From: Dirinaria sp. TL-2023a
Lineage: Eukaryota
Assembly: GCA_051941275.1 (NCBI GenBank)
Contig: JAVEBF010000037.1
Span: forward strand, 1-41,805
DNA length: 41,805 nucleotides
Direction of reading: 5' to 3'
Shown piece after piece: positions 14,064 through 27,758 of the stretch. Position 1 is the stretch's first letter, and every line of letters starts with the position of its first letter. The position numbers were made by a program, and so were the translations under genes. The notes beneath the pieces are model-generated. The model worked only from the letters and a program-made list of their open reading frames with translations. It was not told the DNA's origin and did no database searches.

Positions 14064-14912
14064 TTTTTCAATGCTCAGCAGTGCAAAGTAACCATATGTA
14101 CCCATTAGGCTTGCAGCTCATCCGGAGTCGAAGCCAATTCCCTCGCGTCGCTACCCACCTGAACACCATGTTCAGGGGCTCACGAACAACGCCGCGCAGC
14201 AATCTATTCTCAAAGCATGGCTTGACAGCGGGCTTGCTAGTTTGTGCTTGCTGGACCGCAGGGCCGTAGGAATTATGGGAGCGATCTCACCAGTAAGCAT
14301 GCACAATCACAGCAAATATCAGGTCAAGGTAGGTCCTCGGCGTAAGTAGATCTGGCGCTGTGTAGGGGCGCCCTTCCTCGATTCCCACCCTTTCGCCTTT
14401 GCTGTTCACTCGCACGATACCCCTATTTGCACCAGCGTTTGCATGCATCCTCAGTATCCCCTATTCGGTAAGCTGCCCAGAGCCACTAACATTAATATGA
14501 ATCGTTACAATCGCCAATATGGAGAGGTGCGTCTGCATGGAGATGATGCCTGTTGGGTGGCTCGGGTTTCTTATCATGAGTTTCAAGCCATGACACTCAA
14601 TGAAGTTGCATAGACGTCGTCGAAGCGGTTGATCATACGTAGCTAGCTGACTCCAAGCAAATCGTTGAAGCCTCACCGTGATGATTCCAACATATCTCAC
14701 TTTGCTCAATCGTCTGCCAACCCAATGCAGTATCTTGAGGTGCAGTGTGCCTGTACCCTGACCTATCTATTGCAATTTAAAGATATGTATTATCCCAGTT
14801 TTTGCTATATGTTCCCTTCGGTAGGTGCTCTATGTTTTCCAATTGTTGTGTGCTATCCAGAAGAACCTCACATATATTCATTCGCTTCAGCGTACGCTTG
14901 AAATCTACTTGG

Positions 14913-14953
14913 CCTACCTTACCTACCTTACCTACCTTACCTACCTTACCTTA
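14913..14953. repeat. Tandem repeat (CCTACCTTA)x4 + CCTTA
   Basis: Read directly: four perfect 9-bp units upstream of the NIPA gene. Confidence 0.9.
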
Positions 14954-15621
14954 AGATGACTAGTTTTTACTACATGTACTGTACTTAGCTTCCTTACTTC
15001 ATTCCCTTATTGAATTCTGGAGAGCAGCTTGGCACCTCGGGCGCTTAGGCAAGGCGCGGGTAGTTCCATTCCAGGTAAGGTACCGAATACTGTACAGTAC
15101 GGAGCGTTAACCGCATAAGGCACAGTGTCGAGGTACCGACGGAAAATAATTAATCCCTTGCTGCGACTTGTTCGTTTCCACCCCTAGTATCACGTTCCGT
15201 ACCGACAGTCCGTACTCGTACTCAACAGCGAACCCTCCAGACGCCAAAAGAGCCCGACCTATGAACCTGCAATTCCCCAACCAGAAGCCTCTACAGCCCA
15301 GCAAACCCCCCAAAGATAGATTGATATCTACGGTTTAGTTGTTTCCAACATACAGCATTGTAGTGATTGCGTTTTCCACTTGCTGTCCGTGGACTCGCCA
15401 GACTTAGGACCTGGCGCTAAGTCAGTCGCCAACATTGACCTCATTCGATTTGCGCTCTCTTAATATACTGTCCTGAGCAGCGGCAAACGGTCTGAGTGCT
15501 CAACGAAATTCCAGTCATCGCGGAGCTGGCGCAATTACTTGATTTACAACGGCGGATCTGTGGGAGGAGGTGATTGGCATCGTGAGCCTGTGGGGCTGGA
15601 CCCCCGCAGGAGAAATTGGCG

Positions 15622-16907
15622 ATGGTGGACGACAAATACATAGGACTGGCCTTGGCCATCCTCTCGACCATGGCCATCGGCACCAGCTTTGTCATCACGA
15701 AGAAAGGGTTGAATGAGACAAGCGAACGGCATGGGTTTGAAGGGGACGGTCACGCGTATCTGAAAAACCCTACGTGGTGGGCAGGGACTTTCACTTTGGT
15801 CATCGGAGAAGTTGCAAACTTCGCGGCCTATGCGTTTGCGCCAGCAATTCTAGTCACACCGCTCGGGGCATTGAGTGTTTTGATCGGTGCTGTCTTAGGG
15901 TCGTATTTCCTGAAAGAAGAACTAGGTACCTTGGGAAAACTCGGGTGTGCCATGTGCCTAATTGGTTCGGTCATAATTGTATTACATGCGCCTCCCGATA
16001 AGGAGATCACGACGGTGGAGGATCTATTGCAGTACGCAATACATCCAGGTACGGTCTGTGACCTTTGGCTGGGAAATGATGCTAACTACTTTAGGCTTCC
16101 TTCTATACTGCGCAGCAGTTGCGGTGTTTTCGTGCATTATGATATATCGAGTTGCTCCGAAGCACGGGAAGAAGAACCCTTTGATATACATCTCGATATG
16201 CTCCACCGTGGGGTCGGTGTCGGTTATGTCGGTTAAGGCCTTCGGTATTGCCCTCAAACTGACAATCGGGGGCGACAATCAATTCACACACCCATCAACC
16301 TATAGCTTCGCGATTGTTGTCGTTGTCTGCATCCTTACACAGATGAACTATTTCAACAAGGCTCTCAGTCAATTTTCCACAAATATGTATGCCCATTTTT
16401 CATCTTCATTTTCCGACAGAGAGCTAACAGCGAATTCCAAGCGTCAACCCTCTGTATTATGTAACATTTACAACCGCAACCTTGTGCGCGTCATTTATAC
16501 TTTTCCGAGGTTTCAATACCACTGATGCCGTTAACACCATCTCGCTTCTATGCGGCTTCCTGGTCATTTTCACTGGCGTGTACCTCCTCAATCTCTCTCG
16601 AGGAGACCCTGATGGCAGTCGCTTGCTGAACGGCCGCCTAGAGGACGGGGTACCAACGGACGCTATCGCGGGTCTCCAAACCAGACGGAGCATGCAAACG
16701 CGGCGGAGCGGAGACGGCCGTCGTCTCAGCTCCGGAAGTACGGGGTTCGGCTCACGCGGGGATCGTGAAGGCTTGATCCATTCGTATGACGAGGAGAATG
16801 GTGGCTTTGGCTTGACCGATCTTGCCGAGGACAGCGATGAGGAACGCACAACGCCACGGCCTAGTATGAACGGACGCTCGAGTAGTCATCCGCAGCTAAA
16901 GAAATGA
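15622..16907 (+). CDS. NIPA-family (DUF803) magnesium transporter, 3 exons
   Basis: MVDDKYIGLALA...GTSFVITKKGL, GEVANFAAYAFAPAILVTPLGALSV and QMNYFNKAL...VNPLYYVTFTT are NIPA signatures. Introns 16049-16094 and 16387-16441. Confidence 0.94.
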
Positions 16908-17517
16908 AGCCATATAGTTGTACAATCCTATTGTGAGAAGAGCTCAGCAAAAAAAAAACCACGAATGCGGAGGTCCTCTTTCAACTTTGTTCTTTTTCTA
17001 ACCACCTTTGTATAGTACGTATCGTTGGGAGCGATCTGATTTGGTATCCTCGCGCGCATTGTCCGGCGTTGAGGTGGAGAGCGCTCTGAAGCGTTTTACG
17101 ACCTTCAGGTCTCTTTGTAGACATTGAGTCCTACGGAAATACCCGGCGTGGCTATTGGATTGATCACAATTTTTTTTTTTGGAGCATTCTTCACGGGTGG
17201 CATAGAGCAACGAAATTTCGTGGAAGGACACCTAACTGCTGTCTCATACCTCTGCATCTCAGAGCACGAGTAGGGTGCAAACAAGCTCGCCCATGGGTAT
17301 TTCGACGCTTTCTCACACGTAGAAATAGCTACGAGGTCGGCATTGAAACAAAATAGTCTTAAAATTCGGGTAGGATTCTACAAGATTTCTACACGATTTC
17401 TACGACAATAAAGATGTTCGATGTGTTACACACAACTAAGATCAAAATTATCCACGAAATCTTCGTTCACGGATGGGAGGAAGTAAACCCTGTGTGAGGA
17501 AGCGCAATGCAGTCAAC

Positions 17518-20500
17518 CTAAGCCCATACGAACTTCTTCAACGAGTGACTCCATTGCTCCAGGTAGCCAGTGCTACGCTTGGCCTCATCTAATGATATGA
17601 TGTCTTGTTCCTCGACCAAGCGCGCGCCTTGGTTTTCGGGATGCTTTTCCCCCTCTAATTCAACGCGAACACCCAAAGCGGCTCTCTCAATGCTTTCGCC
17701 GATGGTTCGTACCAGTTCTCGGCCACTTACAAGTTGCGTATCTTGACCATCCGCGGAGGCGATGCTGGAGCGCGCGAGAAGCGCTTTGAAAGCCAAAAGC
17801 TTGATATCTGAACGATAATTCCATCCGCTGATACGGGACACTGCGCTTTCGATCCCAATTGTGGGCAGGTAACTCGGGCTTGCAGGCGCTTTTTCGAAAG
17901 CTGGACTTTCATCTTTACCCACGGCAGTGCTCAATGAACGGGTGTTCCTCTTCTGCACATCGCCTTGCCCAGGCTTGTACCTGATCACAATGCCCACGTT
18001 CTTCTGTTCGTCCATTTGGGAAACGGCAAGGGTAGAAGTCACATAAATACCGCATATTATGCTCGTAACGCTGCGAAGATCCACTCGCTCGTAGGACGAC
18101 ACTTTCTCTGTGTTCCAATCAAAGCGAACAGAGTACAGGGCAGCATCTGTGAGAAGCAGAATCACCTCTTCGAAGGGCCAAGTCCTGACTGTGTTGGGGA
18201 GTTGAGGGCTAAGCATGGTCCAACCGCTGATGAGATCCTCATGCTGGTCCGCGATGACAATTTTCGAACTGGTTTCGATAGCGTTAGCTCGAATCTTTCC
18301 CATTGAAATGCCCGGGTCACCGCTCATCATATCAGCTTCGAAATCGTCGAACACGGATGCATCGATGTTGCCCAGCAGATAGTCGATTGCAGCTTGAGAA
18401 AAAAAGTCGCTAACAATATTATTATAATAACGAGAAAGCGTCAGACCAAGGTCGTTGATCGCTCCTCTGTAGTTCCGCTTTCTCGTTCGTGTATAGTCGC
18501 CCTTCAGCGCTGCCGTCGATGAATATTGCTTCGATATGGCATCGCCATTATCAGCCCATAAGGTGTTGAACCATTGTGTTGTAGGATCTCGTGCGAAATC
18601 GACCTCTACTCCTTCATGTTGCAGCTGCTTCTCCAGAACCTTTGATGCACAGGCACTTTGTGCGACATTGGTCCGGTCCAAGCAATCCATGCAATTGGTT
18701 CGAACGACACCAACCTGCTTCGCAAGCAGCTTGCCGCCCCTCTCTATGGTATATCCAAATCTGTCAAGAGAGCTGTCGAGCGAATCCACCAGGAGCTTAA
18801 CATTTTCGAATTTCATACCTCGACAAATCGTGTGAAAATCAAACCACTGAAACCCGATCTGCGTGCCACTGATACCACCCTCCTCATTCAGCTGCTGTAT
18901 ATGCATCTTGTACTGCTCTCCAATGGCAGCCTCGCCGCCCGTTTTATCGACCAAAGACACCGCATACATAGCGCCATATCTTTTTATAGCATTGGCGAAA
19001 TGGCGTCGAAAAGCGTCATGGTTTACCGTCGAAGAGTGTTGCAAGAGAGGCACCGGCTTGAAGGCATATGGGGACTGCGAGAAGAACAATGGGATCGAGC
19101 CACGTATCGAAGTGAAAGAATAAAGGTTTTCTTGGTTGTTCCAAGAGGCTTTAGACAGGATCTGTTCTGTCTCGACACTGTTCGCGGTGTGGCCTTGGTC
19201 ATCTACCCCTCGTCGTAAGTATCTCAGCCCCGGCCTTGAAGTCGATCTACGAGATATTAGAGTAATTAGAAAATTAGTGGGCTCTGAGGACTCTTCCTGA
19301 GTCTTGAGCACGTCTTCAAAGGTTTCTTCAGCACCCGAAATGACTCCTCCGGCATCGTCAGCAGCGACGTTAATTGAAAAGGTGCGTTGACCGACAAAGC
19401 CTTGCATCAATGGCAATACGTAAGCATGGTGGGAACCAGCTATGAACGGCGTTGCCAAATGATGATTCCAAAAGAACTGCGAGATGTATCAGCTTGCTAT
19501 CAAAGGGCGAGAAGAAACACGGTGGTCACCTACTATGGGATCTACAGAACGATGCAGTGGGACATCCTTGCTCTTAGTCCCTTGACTGCCCATCCTTCGT
19601 GTAATGTCGTAGTCATAGGAAAAGAAGAAGCTCTGAGAAGCTAAGAGCACCCTCGTAGTCTTAATAAGCTTTGGCAATAGCGTGTTCGTAATGCTCTCCG
19701 TAACTGACGCATTCGAAGCCTCATCACGAGATGACCGTTCTGCTTGCGTTGGTATCCGCCTGGACATCCCATCGCCGACATTAGCAGTTCCCGTATCGCG
19801 TTTTTCAGCGCTCGCTGCCTCCGCCTTCTGGGACGGAGATGTTTCCCTCTCTGGTTTCGGAAGACTGTCAGTACTCATGCCTTGCGTTCTTCTTTTTTCG
19901 CTACTCCAACCCTTTCTCGAAAACCACCTTTCTGCAAATCTACCATATTGGCCCCGCTTCCCAATCACATCCTCTGCTACACTGCTGCTCTTCGTTGTCG
20001 GTGCCGACGTCTCAGGGGACTTAGGTTCCGTGGGCGATGTCAAGTGAGAGTCTTCATCCTCAGATGTATCACTGTCTGCAGATGCCTCCAGCGTCTGCTC
20101 ACGGGATTCCGCTTCCAGGCTCAATTTAGCCTGCGCAATGGCATTCTTGGCATCCTTCTGCGAGGTCAAAGGTATGAGAGCAACACCCGTCACGACGTAT
20201 ATTGGTGAGCCTCGGATTTGTGCGACTTGCTTCCGACGAGATATAGATATCAGGTATGAGCTTGAGGCGACGCTCAACAGCCCTGCAATAGGACACTGAT
20301 CAGCTCACGGTTCTGGTCGATATTTGACAGAGCGGATACCAACAATGCCGTGAGCGTCAATGGAGGGTATATTCGCATCTTCTTTGGAAAAAGAGGTCTG
20401 AGATGTAATTTTATGAGAGGCGTACGAGATACGCAAGCTCTGGGTTTCTCTTTGATTGCGCTGCGCTACTGGTTTCAAGACCAGTCCATCGACGGCTGCT

Positions 20501-20532
20501 AGAATGACCAGCTTGCGAACCAAGCCGGGCAT
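17518..20532 (-). CDS. SAC-domain phosphoinositide phosphatase with C-terminal hSac2-like domain (Sac2/INPP5F-like), 3 exons
   Basis: Catalytic CX5R motif RTNCMDCLDRTN. Also LISRRSTSRPGLRYLRRGVD, RGSIPLFFSQ and WADNGDAISKQYSSTAALKGD. C-terminal LLLTDAALYSVRFDWNTEKV. Introns 20339-20283 and 19533-19477. Start MPGLVRKLVI. Confidence 0.92.
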
Positions 20533-21230
20533 TTTCACTGAGGCCGGCGGTAGAGGGTATTGGACATGGATCCGAGACCCAACACTGAGGTGAATTGAAC
20601 ATACGTAGATGATGCAATGAAGGCTCTCAGACGACTGACTACCTTACCATGGGTTTGAGCTACGAAATCGTGTTTAGGTCCCATCAAGATGCTGGGGCTT
20701 ACACTACCTTAGGGTAGGTAGCTGATAAGACACCTTATCTTAGGTGTATCTTAGGGTAGAACCCTCTCCAGCCGGTAGCTCCTCAATCCCGATTCCTTTG
20801 TGCTTTAGCCACTACTCCTTCATCGCTATTTATTTTCGGATTAATGGCCTGATTCGATGTCAAACCCCTTCCCTCTCGAGCATAATTCAACTATATCTCG
20901 AAGCTCAAGCGGGATCAATGTCCCTTCAGCCGCAATCGGTCTTTGCCTCAAGCTGAATCGTCCTGCGCGCGGTCCGAAGGCTACTGGACCTAGAATCGCG
21001 GATACCTGCATCCCGTCTCAACTACGATCCCGGCCTCGGAGGAAACAACCAGGCACCAAGCATTCGGAAGCATTTGAGGCGAAAGGTTGTCATTAGCAAG
21101 GGTACGGAGCAAACAGCTGTCATCAGGCGCTCGGCGGGGCATTGGCATTATCGCTGACTGCATCCCCACAGGGCAGGTCGCCGTTGACCGCCTCTGAATC
21201 AGAGCCCACACTGCAGGAAAGGCAAGATCG

Positions 21231-23191
21231 ATGAGAGGGGGTGCGGATGGCTCGGCAGGTGCTGAGGCTCAGTCGTCGAACACGCCGGCATTCCAAATCA
21301 TAGTTCTGGTGAGTGTTTGTGCTGTCATGCAACTTAGACCTCAGCTGTTGGGTTGATGCACGTCTCATGCTGGAATGGAGAAATTCTTTCCTGTGGCTCC
21401 GTCAATCAATACTAGTTGCTGTTAGAGTGGCTGTCGCGTTCCTGTCTCATGTCTCGGCTATTTCCTGCAGTCTTCCTGCAGCTTAAACTCCGATTGATCT
21501 ACTTGTTTTGCTCTTCAGCTTACCGCCATCGCGTAGTCTATGTCTGCGCACTTGTTGCTGTATGCTAATTTCCCATCGTTAAGGGCGCTGGCGGGGGACC
21601 TTCGGAGGATGATGTGACGGGCCTCTTAGTAAGGTCGACCGCTACGCAGTGGGCAAAACGCTCCTTGCTAGCTGTTGACGCTGGCGTACACCTAGCCGCT
21701 ATCTTAAAGATAGTCAAGGAGCACTTGCCGAATGCTATTCAGAGATCGGATGTAGACGCCGATATTCTGTCTCCCGCGCTTGAGAAGAAGAGATCAAAGT
21801 CCCATGGCAATGGTGCAATCCCACCGCGGATAGCTTCGCACAGCTCGAACCTTTCACTGGGCGCGGCATCTCCAATAAGCAGGACGGACACCGGTAAAGA
21901 AAAACTAAGCCTCGAACTCACGACAGGGCCTTTTGCTGGCTACGTTCTTCACGCAAGGACAGCTGGGGCAAGTGCAGTCCAGATCCTTCGAGAACTGATC
22001 CCAACCTACCTCATCAGCCACCCTCATCTGGATCATGTCTCGGGTTTAGCAATTAATACTGCCTCATTCCAACATACGGCAAGCCGCAAGCAGATTGCAG
22101 GGTTGCCCTCGACAGTGGAAGCGATTAAAGAGCATATATTCAACGACATCATGTGGCCTAACCTCTCCGATGAGGACGGGGGTGTAGGCCTGGTGAGCTA
22201 CCAGCGGTTGCAGGAAGGTGGAAGTGTCGCAGTGGGATTCGGCGATAGCGAGGGTTACATTGAGGTCTGCGACGGATTAACGGTGAAGTGCCAGAGCATT
22301 AGTCACGGCAAATGCTCGCAGAATCATACTCATCGAGGGGGCTATCCGAACTCAGCCGACCATAGCCAGCACTATTCCACCTCACGGAGAGGCTCACGAG
22401 CATCCACTCCTCCGCCTATGTCACATGATCGCAAATATGGTTACCATGGGCAAAGGGGTTGCATCATCGACAGCACTGCTTTCTTCCTCCGCGACGAGCA
22501 CACAGGCAAAGAGGTCCTTATCTTTGGCGACGTGGAGCCCGATTCCATCTCACTGTCTCCCCGAACGGTCAATGTCTGGTCTGACGCCGCACCTAAAATT
22601 GCGAATGGGACCTTGACAGGTATTTTGATTGAATGTTCCTACGACGACTCCCAACCGGACAAAGCTCTTTTCGGCCACCTCAACCCCAAGCATTTGATTG
22701 CAGAACTCCAAGTGCTAGCGGAGAAAGTTGCAGCGCTGAAACCCTCCGAGGAACAGGCGGCTGCCCGCAAGCGTAAACGCCAAAGCAACGGCCTCGTCAT
22801 CCCTGAAGATAGTGTGCCGCCTCCATCGCCAGTCGGCCGCAGCCATGGAAACACCCATACCAGCCGCCGCCGAAAGCGTTCAAGTGTAAGCCCTGCCACC
22901 AGACCCTCCTCCGACATCCTCATGTCCCCCGGCCTAAGGGAAAACACCGTGGATGGAACAGATACTGGCCAAGCCGACGGCCATGAGCTGCAAGTACCTC
23001 AGGGGCGACGACCGTCCCTCGTCGGTGCCCTAAAGGGTCTGCGGGTAATTATCATACATGTCAAAGACAGTCTCAAAGATGAGCCGAACGTCCGGGACAC
23101 AATCATAGCGCAGTTGGCAGCGTACGAAAATGACAGGCAGCTGGGCTGTGTGTTTGAAATGTCCAGATCTTGTACATCTATATGGCTCTGA
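21231..23191 (+). CDS. PDE1: Low-affinity class II cAMP phosphodiesterase, 2 exons
   Basis: Exon 1 21231-21308 (MRGG...AFQIIVL|GTGAGT) joins exon 2 at 21584 (GAGGGPSEDDVTGLLVR). Motifs AVDAG, metal-binding ISHPHLDHVSG, FNDIMWPNL, FGDVEPD and IECSY...LFGHL. Confidence 0.92.
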
Positions 23192-23782
23192 AAATTTTCC
23201 CGGAACGGAATCCTCCATCTGGCTTGGGTGTTCGAAGGTGCTACAGGTATCAGAGGCTTGTGTGGTATGGCGGCATCGGCCGGAAGGCTTATTACCGAGG
23301 GGACTCGCCCTTGCAAGGCATGCGGAGGACGCGGTGAAATGGTTCAGCGCGAGCTCATGGAGCCGAGTTTGGTGCGGTAAGGCTTCGTCTCAAATATCAA
23401 AGCCTAAAGGCTACTTATTTCCCTCTGTGAAAGATACAGACGAATAAGTCACGGTTGTTATAGAGGGCCAACCTTTTATCGGCAAAGCCCAGAACAGAGC
23501 TCATTGCCCTGGAACCCAGCCGTACAGAATAGATATAGGCGGGTAAGCCGAGAGTATATGTGCATAGATCTACGTTATGAACATGGTATTTTTGGAAAGG
23601 GCAGCAAAAATATCATCCTAAGGTACTCCTGAATCTTTGCCGCATGCATTCCGAATTGGACCTAGCTGGATCACCAGGTCTGAACGCCAGTCGCTCACGA
23701 TGCGTAAAAAGTATCAATACTCCGTCCAAGGCTGCCACAAAATCCTCCACGCCACAGTGAGACATAATCCCTCATGAGTGAA

Positions 23783-25415
23783 TCAAGGGCCGGAATTCCG
23801 GAGATCATTGTTCCGTCTATCTGGCTCGTTGCCCACAGCGACATCGTAGCTCGGTACAGGCGGGCTTTGGTCTCCTCGCCGCAGAAGCGGCCTCCGATCA
23901 TCGTTTATGTCGCCACTATACCTCCTCAACGATCCTTCCGGGCTCGTGTATTCGGGTGGTGGCGCAGCGTAAATTTGGGTGGCCGTTGGGTGACTCGCTA
24001 ATGCGGACGGGTGGACGGGGGATCCGGGCGACTCAGCAGGCACTGCCACATTGCGACTTGTCCCCTCTCCCACATCTTCTTGAGAAGGGATATGTGCCAG
24101 TTGGGCGAGTGATATTTCCGTAGGCGATCGTACTGGGCCAGGGCTTTGAGGTGGCCCGATCCTGATTTGGCCACTGCGTGATCGGGCGTGAGATGTAGCA
24201 TTGTAGCCACCGTGATTTGTTTGCTGCGCGCCCTCTCTACCCGCTTCAAGCAAGATACTACCCTGCTCGCTACCATAAGGCGGCGGTGGTGCGAGGCTTC
24301 CTGTCATGGGAGCAAGGCCCCATTTCTTGACATTTGCTTCGATGAACACAAAGCCGCTTTGACCGAAGTTGACGTGCACGCTGCAGGGTCCATTGGCGCC
24401 GATCGTTGGGAAGAAGTTTTGGGACTTCAGACCGTGTGTGACATCGTCAAGCTTTTTGCCATTGCGTGTGAAGAACACAGTGCCGGTGCGGGGACGGTAG
24501 CCGACGCCAATAACATCACCTTGCACGTATTCTGGGCCGTAGTTTGTGGGAGTGAAGGGTTGGTTGTAGCGGCGGTGGCCGGTCGAGGTGTAGGCTATTG
24601 AAGATTTATGCCAGCCTGCCATTTGTTAAGACAATCAAGACGCAAAGCACGGACTGCACCAACCTGGTAGCCGGAAGAGGGGATATGGCTTTGTAGTAAG
24701 TCCAATACTTATCAATGACGACTCGGGCTTGTCGTAGATCTTGGCTTCCCAGTAATACACCTCGTTCTGCTTGGGTATAGGGAGATTGCTCTGGACACTG
24801 CATTCGGAATCGAAGAACTCAATCTCAGTACGGGCTTCGACAAAACAGTTCGCTATCTCCAGTTCTGGCTCAAATTCCCAAGCTGACACGCCTTTTTCTT
24901 GTATAGCGAGGAACTGGGATAAGGAGATGTCTGTTTGCATGGTCTCGGGTGGATTCGCTTGGATAAAGGCTATTTGCAGGATCCAAATCAGCCATCGGCT
25001 TTCATCGAACAGCTATGTTCCTTGTTTCCATACCTTTCGCCCTCATATATTCTAGCCGCTGTATGTCATCCATCCCTTCCAACGCCTCCGCCTCTTCTCG
25101 CGCCAATGCCTGCTCGTCATCATATTCCCCGGGTCCTCCTATCCTGTCCAAGAATATCCTTCCTCGGTTGGTATACCTGAAGAAATAGAAGGCGGCAAAG
25201 ACTAGAACCACCAGTGCTGCCGAGCCGAAAGCCGAAAGCATCCCAATAAGGATGCCCTTACCGGTGGAGTCATTGTTACTGCTGATGTTGATGACGATAT
25301 TAGTGCCTTCATGATGTGGCTCATGCCAGGCAGGATCGGGTCGTAATGAAGTTGGAGATAGCTGGCGGTATGACGTTGAGAGAGTATTTGTACCTTTGGA
25401 TCTGCCGGCTGCCAT
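23783..25415 (-). CDS. SSH4: SPRY-domain membrane protein Ssh4 (Rsp5 adaptor-like), 3 exons
   Basis: N-terminal transmembrane helix GILIGMLSAFGSAALVVLVFAAFYFF. SPRY domain VQSNLPIPKQNEVYYWEAK...TKPYPLFRLPG|WH...GDVIGVGY...FFTRNGKK. PY motifs PPPY, PPEY and VPSY. Introns 25033-24970 and 24663-24616. Confidence 0.93.
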
Positions 25416-25902
25416 CGCACGACTTTGCTATATAAGCATCAGGCTGCGCGGTTGAAGGTAAATTGGTGATCGCAATATTGCTGTGGTGTGCAGATGCAAA
25501 ATTGGTCCTATTGCGCACCAGTAGTTGGTAGTGTTGGGTGGCACTTTAAGGTATGGATGGAAGTAGTGACTACATGTACCTACGAATGGCAGTCCGCCTC
25601 GGTCACACTTTTTGCCGCGAGCGGTCGGCACATTTTAGGTTTAGAGTAGGGTCTTCTGTATGTCACCATAGATACCTCAAAGTAGCCCTAATATTGGTGT
25701 TTAACGTACACAATCAGACCAGTATCTGACTTCTCACTTTATGATGGCTAGAGGTAGAAGCTGACGAGAATCCTTTTGGTAGCAGAAAATAAAGGACGAA
25801 GACGTTCGATAGTCATCAGGATCTCAAAGAGGCTCAATACTATTTGGCAGCGTCGGGTAGTGCTCTCTACCTTTACAATAAGGCAGGGTACAGCAGTCCA
25901 AG

Positions 25903-27014
25903 TCACGCCTCAAGAGTCTCCTCACCACCACCGCGTTTACCTCGTTCTTCCATCCGTGCCTTGGTCTTTTTTTTGGCATTTTCGACCCACTTGTCGTATG
26001 CGCCGTGGCCTTTTCGAAGCTTTGATTCGACAACACCTCTCAGGACCTCACCCACAAAACCAACGAAGTTGTGCCTTCTCAGTGCATTGTCCCATTGCCA
26101 GCCATTCCGCTTCTGCTCCTCATTATATAACCATTCCTGATCTCCAGCCTCTTTTGCCCGCAAGCGCAGGTCTCGCACCATAGCTAGTAAATTAAATCGT
26201 ATCTCATGGGGGGGATAGCGTTCAATACGCCGTTGTAACACGGGAATCACCTTGTCCGGGAAGTCGTCAAACGAGCATTCGCCGTGGACGATCGGGGCAG
26301 GCTGAAGACCATCGAGTTCGTACAGTTTGTTATTCACCGAGGTGTAGGCGATAAAGTGGTATACATCGTCTTCTTCCGTAGCAAGGCGTTGTGCGTCGTT
26401 GATGAACGGGGAGGATCGGGCGAAGGAATTGTGCACATCTCGTATCAGTTCGGAATTCGAAAGAGCCTCTCCTCGCAGCTATTGTTTTTCCGCGATCAGC
26501 AATATGATATAGACCTGCCGCTAAGCAACTGCTTACATCTGCCGGAAACGCTTCCGTAAACTCTCTAAATTCCCGCAACCGGGGGCCAAGATCGACCTGG
26601 TCCTCCTTGTTCAAGAGCACCGAAAGTAAAGCCTGTGTACCGCAAGCATTCTGGATCGTCTGGGCGGCGAAGAACAGTTGGTCTGCCGCCTCATAGTCAA
26701 AGCTTCCGTCCTTGGGTTGCTGACTAGGCTTCTCCCCTGTGGGATATTTGAAGAGGAAGATGACGCCGTAGACGGGGCTATTGGGTTTCCAACTGTTGGT
26801 GCATAGCTCGTCTCCTGCTGATGTGAATGACACACCTTTGCTGCCGTAGATTTTCGGGATCCAGAGAAATGAGCTCTTCGAATTGAACGTCCTTAGCGCC
26901 TAGATTGTCGACGAGGTAGGTGAAGACTCCCTACATGATGATTAGCCCACTGCCGTGAGCATGAAGCGTGCCACGTACAGCATCCGACTCGATGGTATTC
27001 CAACCGCCCGACAT
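25903..27014 (-). CDS. UCH37: Proteasome-associated ubiquitin C-terminal hydrolase UCH37/UCHL5, 4 exons
   Basis: MSGGWNTIESDA|GVFT. Catalytic FFAAQTIQNACGTQA (Cys), YHFIAY (His) and LYELDGL (Asp). C-terminal ULD region NALRRHNFVGF. Confidence 0.94.
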
Positions 27015-27758
27015 TATTGATCACGAATTACGAGGGTTGGTGCGGGGCTCGACGATTTTGTCAAGAACTGGTGAGACAAGATAGAGTGCGATGGAGGGAC
27101 CCTTTCCGACTTGGTGATGTGATAAGATACATGTAGTCGATTTTCTGCGGGAGGAAGCAACTTTCTACATTTGGATCACCCTCCTCCTTTCACAATTTCA
27201 AGCATTGGGGATGACATCCGCCACCATTTGACAATATCATCAGAAGCCGACCGACTGCCACTGCCGATGCCATCCCAACGACACCCTCTTTTTGAAAACT
27301 AACAAAGTTACCATTAGTTGTCAAGTCAACCATGGACTCGCCATTTTGTAGTAGTGTTTTGTAGTCTAAAGCAACCCCATTCAATTTACAAAATTATACA
27401 CAAATATTCGGTAAACATCGTTTAGAAACAGATCAAAGTACATCGCTACAACCTACGCCACGCTCGGAACGCACAATTCAAAATTCAGGCCTCGCTATGC
27501 TTCCTAAAACACACTTTTCCCCTACTCAGCCCTCGCTCAATGCCAGTAAACGCGTAAACATGCTATTCTTACATCTCGGGTCCTCCAGCATTCGGTGCTG
27601 GCAACGTTAAAAAGGAAATCTCACGAAATTGTCAAAAAAGGCCATGCGCTCAATCTTCATAGCATCCGGCAGTGGGGAAGTTAGGTAGCAGATCTTTCCG
27701 GCATTAACTGCGTGCAAGCGTTCGGATTCTTTATGCTCGTGATAAATGCCGGCAGATG

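Noticed and set aside
14913..14953. CCTACCTTA tandem as an interstitial telomere or CRISPR-like array
   Set aside because: The unit is not CCCTAA and there are no spacers. Treated as part of the TACCTT motif family.
18536..19218. Long antisense ORFs overlapping the Sac phosphatase (similar ones overlap other genes)
   Set aside because: Shadow ORFs arising from codon structure on the coding strand, with no independent protein features.
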